A stretch of DNA of 64,000 nucleotides from Eledone cirrhosa (lineage: Eukaryota). A model generated the notes under the pieces. It searched no databases. It was not told the origin of the DNA and saw only the letters and a list, made by a program, of their open reading frames with translations. The position numbers and the translations under genes are program-made. Below, in pieces: positions 62,572 to 64,000 of this stretch; within the stretch, counting starts at the first letter, position 1; each line of letters opens with the position of its first letter. Location: positions 106,950,001 to 107,014,000 of the forward strand of contig OZ024744.1 of NCBI GenBank assembly GCA_964016885.1. Direction: 5' to 3'.

Positions 62572-64000
62572 AGGGTACACTTTAGAACTACTGTTCTGGG
62601 GTCAATCTCACTGTATAGTTAAAGGATACACTTTAGAACTACTGTTCTGGGGTCAATCTCACTGTATAGTTAAAGGATACACTTTAGAACTACTGTTCTG
62701 GGGTCAATCTCACTGTATAGTTAAAGGATACACTTTAGAACTACTGTTCTGGGGTCAATCTCACTGTATAGTTAAAGGGTACACTTTAGAACTACTGTTC
62801 TGGGGTTAATCTCACTGTATAGTTAAAGGGTACACTTTAGAACTACTGTTCTGGGGTCAATCTCACTGTATAGTTAAAGGGTACACTTTAGAACTACTGT
62901 TCTGGGGTTAATCTCACTGTATAGTTAAAGGATACACTTTAGAACTACTGTTCTGGGGTTAATCTCACTGTATAGTTAAAGGATACACTTTAGAACTACT
63001 GTTCTGGGGTCAATCTCACTGTATAGTTAAAGGGTACACTTTAGAACTACTGTTCTGGGGTTAATCTCACTGTATAGTTAAAGGATACACTTTAGAACTA
63101 CTGTTCTGGGATCAATCTCACTGTATAGTTAAAGGATACACTTTAGAACTACTGTTCTGGGGTCAATCTCACTGTATAGTTAAAGGGTACACTTTAGAAC
63201 TACTGTTCTGGGGTTAATCTCACTGTATAGTTAAAGGATACACTTTAGAACTACTGTTCTGGGGTCAATCTCACTGTATAGTTAAAGGATACACTTTAGA
63301 ACTACTGTTCTGGGGTCAATCTCACTGTATAGTTAAAGGATACACTTTAGAACTACTGTTCTGGGGTCAATCTCACTGTATAGTTAAAGGATACACTTTA
63401 GAACTACTGTTCTGGGGTTAATCTCACTGTATAGTTAAAGGATACACTTTAGAACTACTGTTCTGGGGTCAATCTCACTGTATAGTTAAAGGATACACTT
63501 TAGAACTACTGTTCTGGGGTCAATCTCACTGTATAGTTAAAGGATACACTTTAGAACTACTGTTCTGGGGTTAATCTCACTGTATAGTTAAAGGATACAC
63601 TTTAGAACTACTGTTCTGGGGTCAATTTCACTGTATAGTTAAAGGATACACTTTAGAACTACTGTTCTGGGGTCAATCTCACTGTATAGTTAAAGGATAC
63701 ACTTTAGAACTACTGTTCTGGGGTCAATCTCACTGTATAGTTAAAGGATACACTTTAGAACTACTGTTCTGGGGTCAATCTCACTGTATAGTTAAAGGAT
63801 ACACTTTAGAACTACTGTTCTGGGGTCAATCTCACTGTATAGTTAAAGGATACACTTTAGAACTACTGTTCTGGGGTCAATCTCACTGTATAGTTAAAGG
63901 ATACACTTTAGAACTACTGTTCTGGGGTTAATCTCACTGTATAGTTAAAGGATACACTTTAGAACTACTGTTCTGGGGTCAATCTCACTGTATAGTTAAA
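62572..64000 (+). repeat. 51-bp satellite, at least 28 copies, running off the window end
   Basis: Unit agg(a/g)tacactttagaactactgttctggggt(c/t)aatctcactgtatagttaa. Confidence 0.97.

Noticed and set aside
61061-62580. 355-aa mucin-like ORFs on both strands
   Set aside because: Minisatellite with unit lengths in multiples of 3; no NEURL4 homology or supported splice context.

Overview
Eukaryotic, AT-rich, repeat-saturated genomic DNA; the SINE/LINE repertoire looks like octopus or another cephalopod (inference). The only host gene is NEURL4 (neuralized-like 4) on the minus strand. Seven coding exons (~59921-59389, 51339-51228, 41889-41801, 32224-31858, 10039-9955, 7462-7195, 2569-2407) splice in frame with GT-AG boundaries and encode NHR2 and NHR3; the gene continues beyond both window edges. 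The 2.5-22 kb introns hold tRNA-derived SINEs of at least two families, RTE, CR1, Tx1, RLE-type and Penelope-like retroelement fragments, a mariner relic, piggyBac-like MITEs, fold-back palindromes, degenerate hammerhead-ribozyme motifs and many tandem arrays. Main observations: (1) a 12.5 kb array of about 137 monomers, each folding like a tRNA cloverleaf with A-box, B-box-like and often T4 signals; (2) several other satellites traceable in situ to short segments of the elements they interrupt (Penelope RT YIDD motif, APE endonuclease GD motif, SINE B-box); (3) type I hammerhead-like motifs associated with fold-back palindromes; (4) a LINE with twin-priming-like 5' inversion geometry; (5) an RTE LINE with a PHD finger inside its RT. 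Most long ORFs in the supplied track are repeat artefacts.
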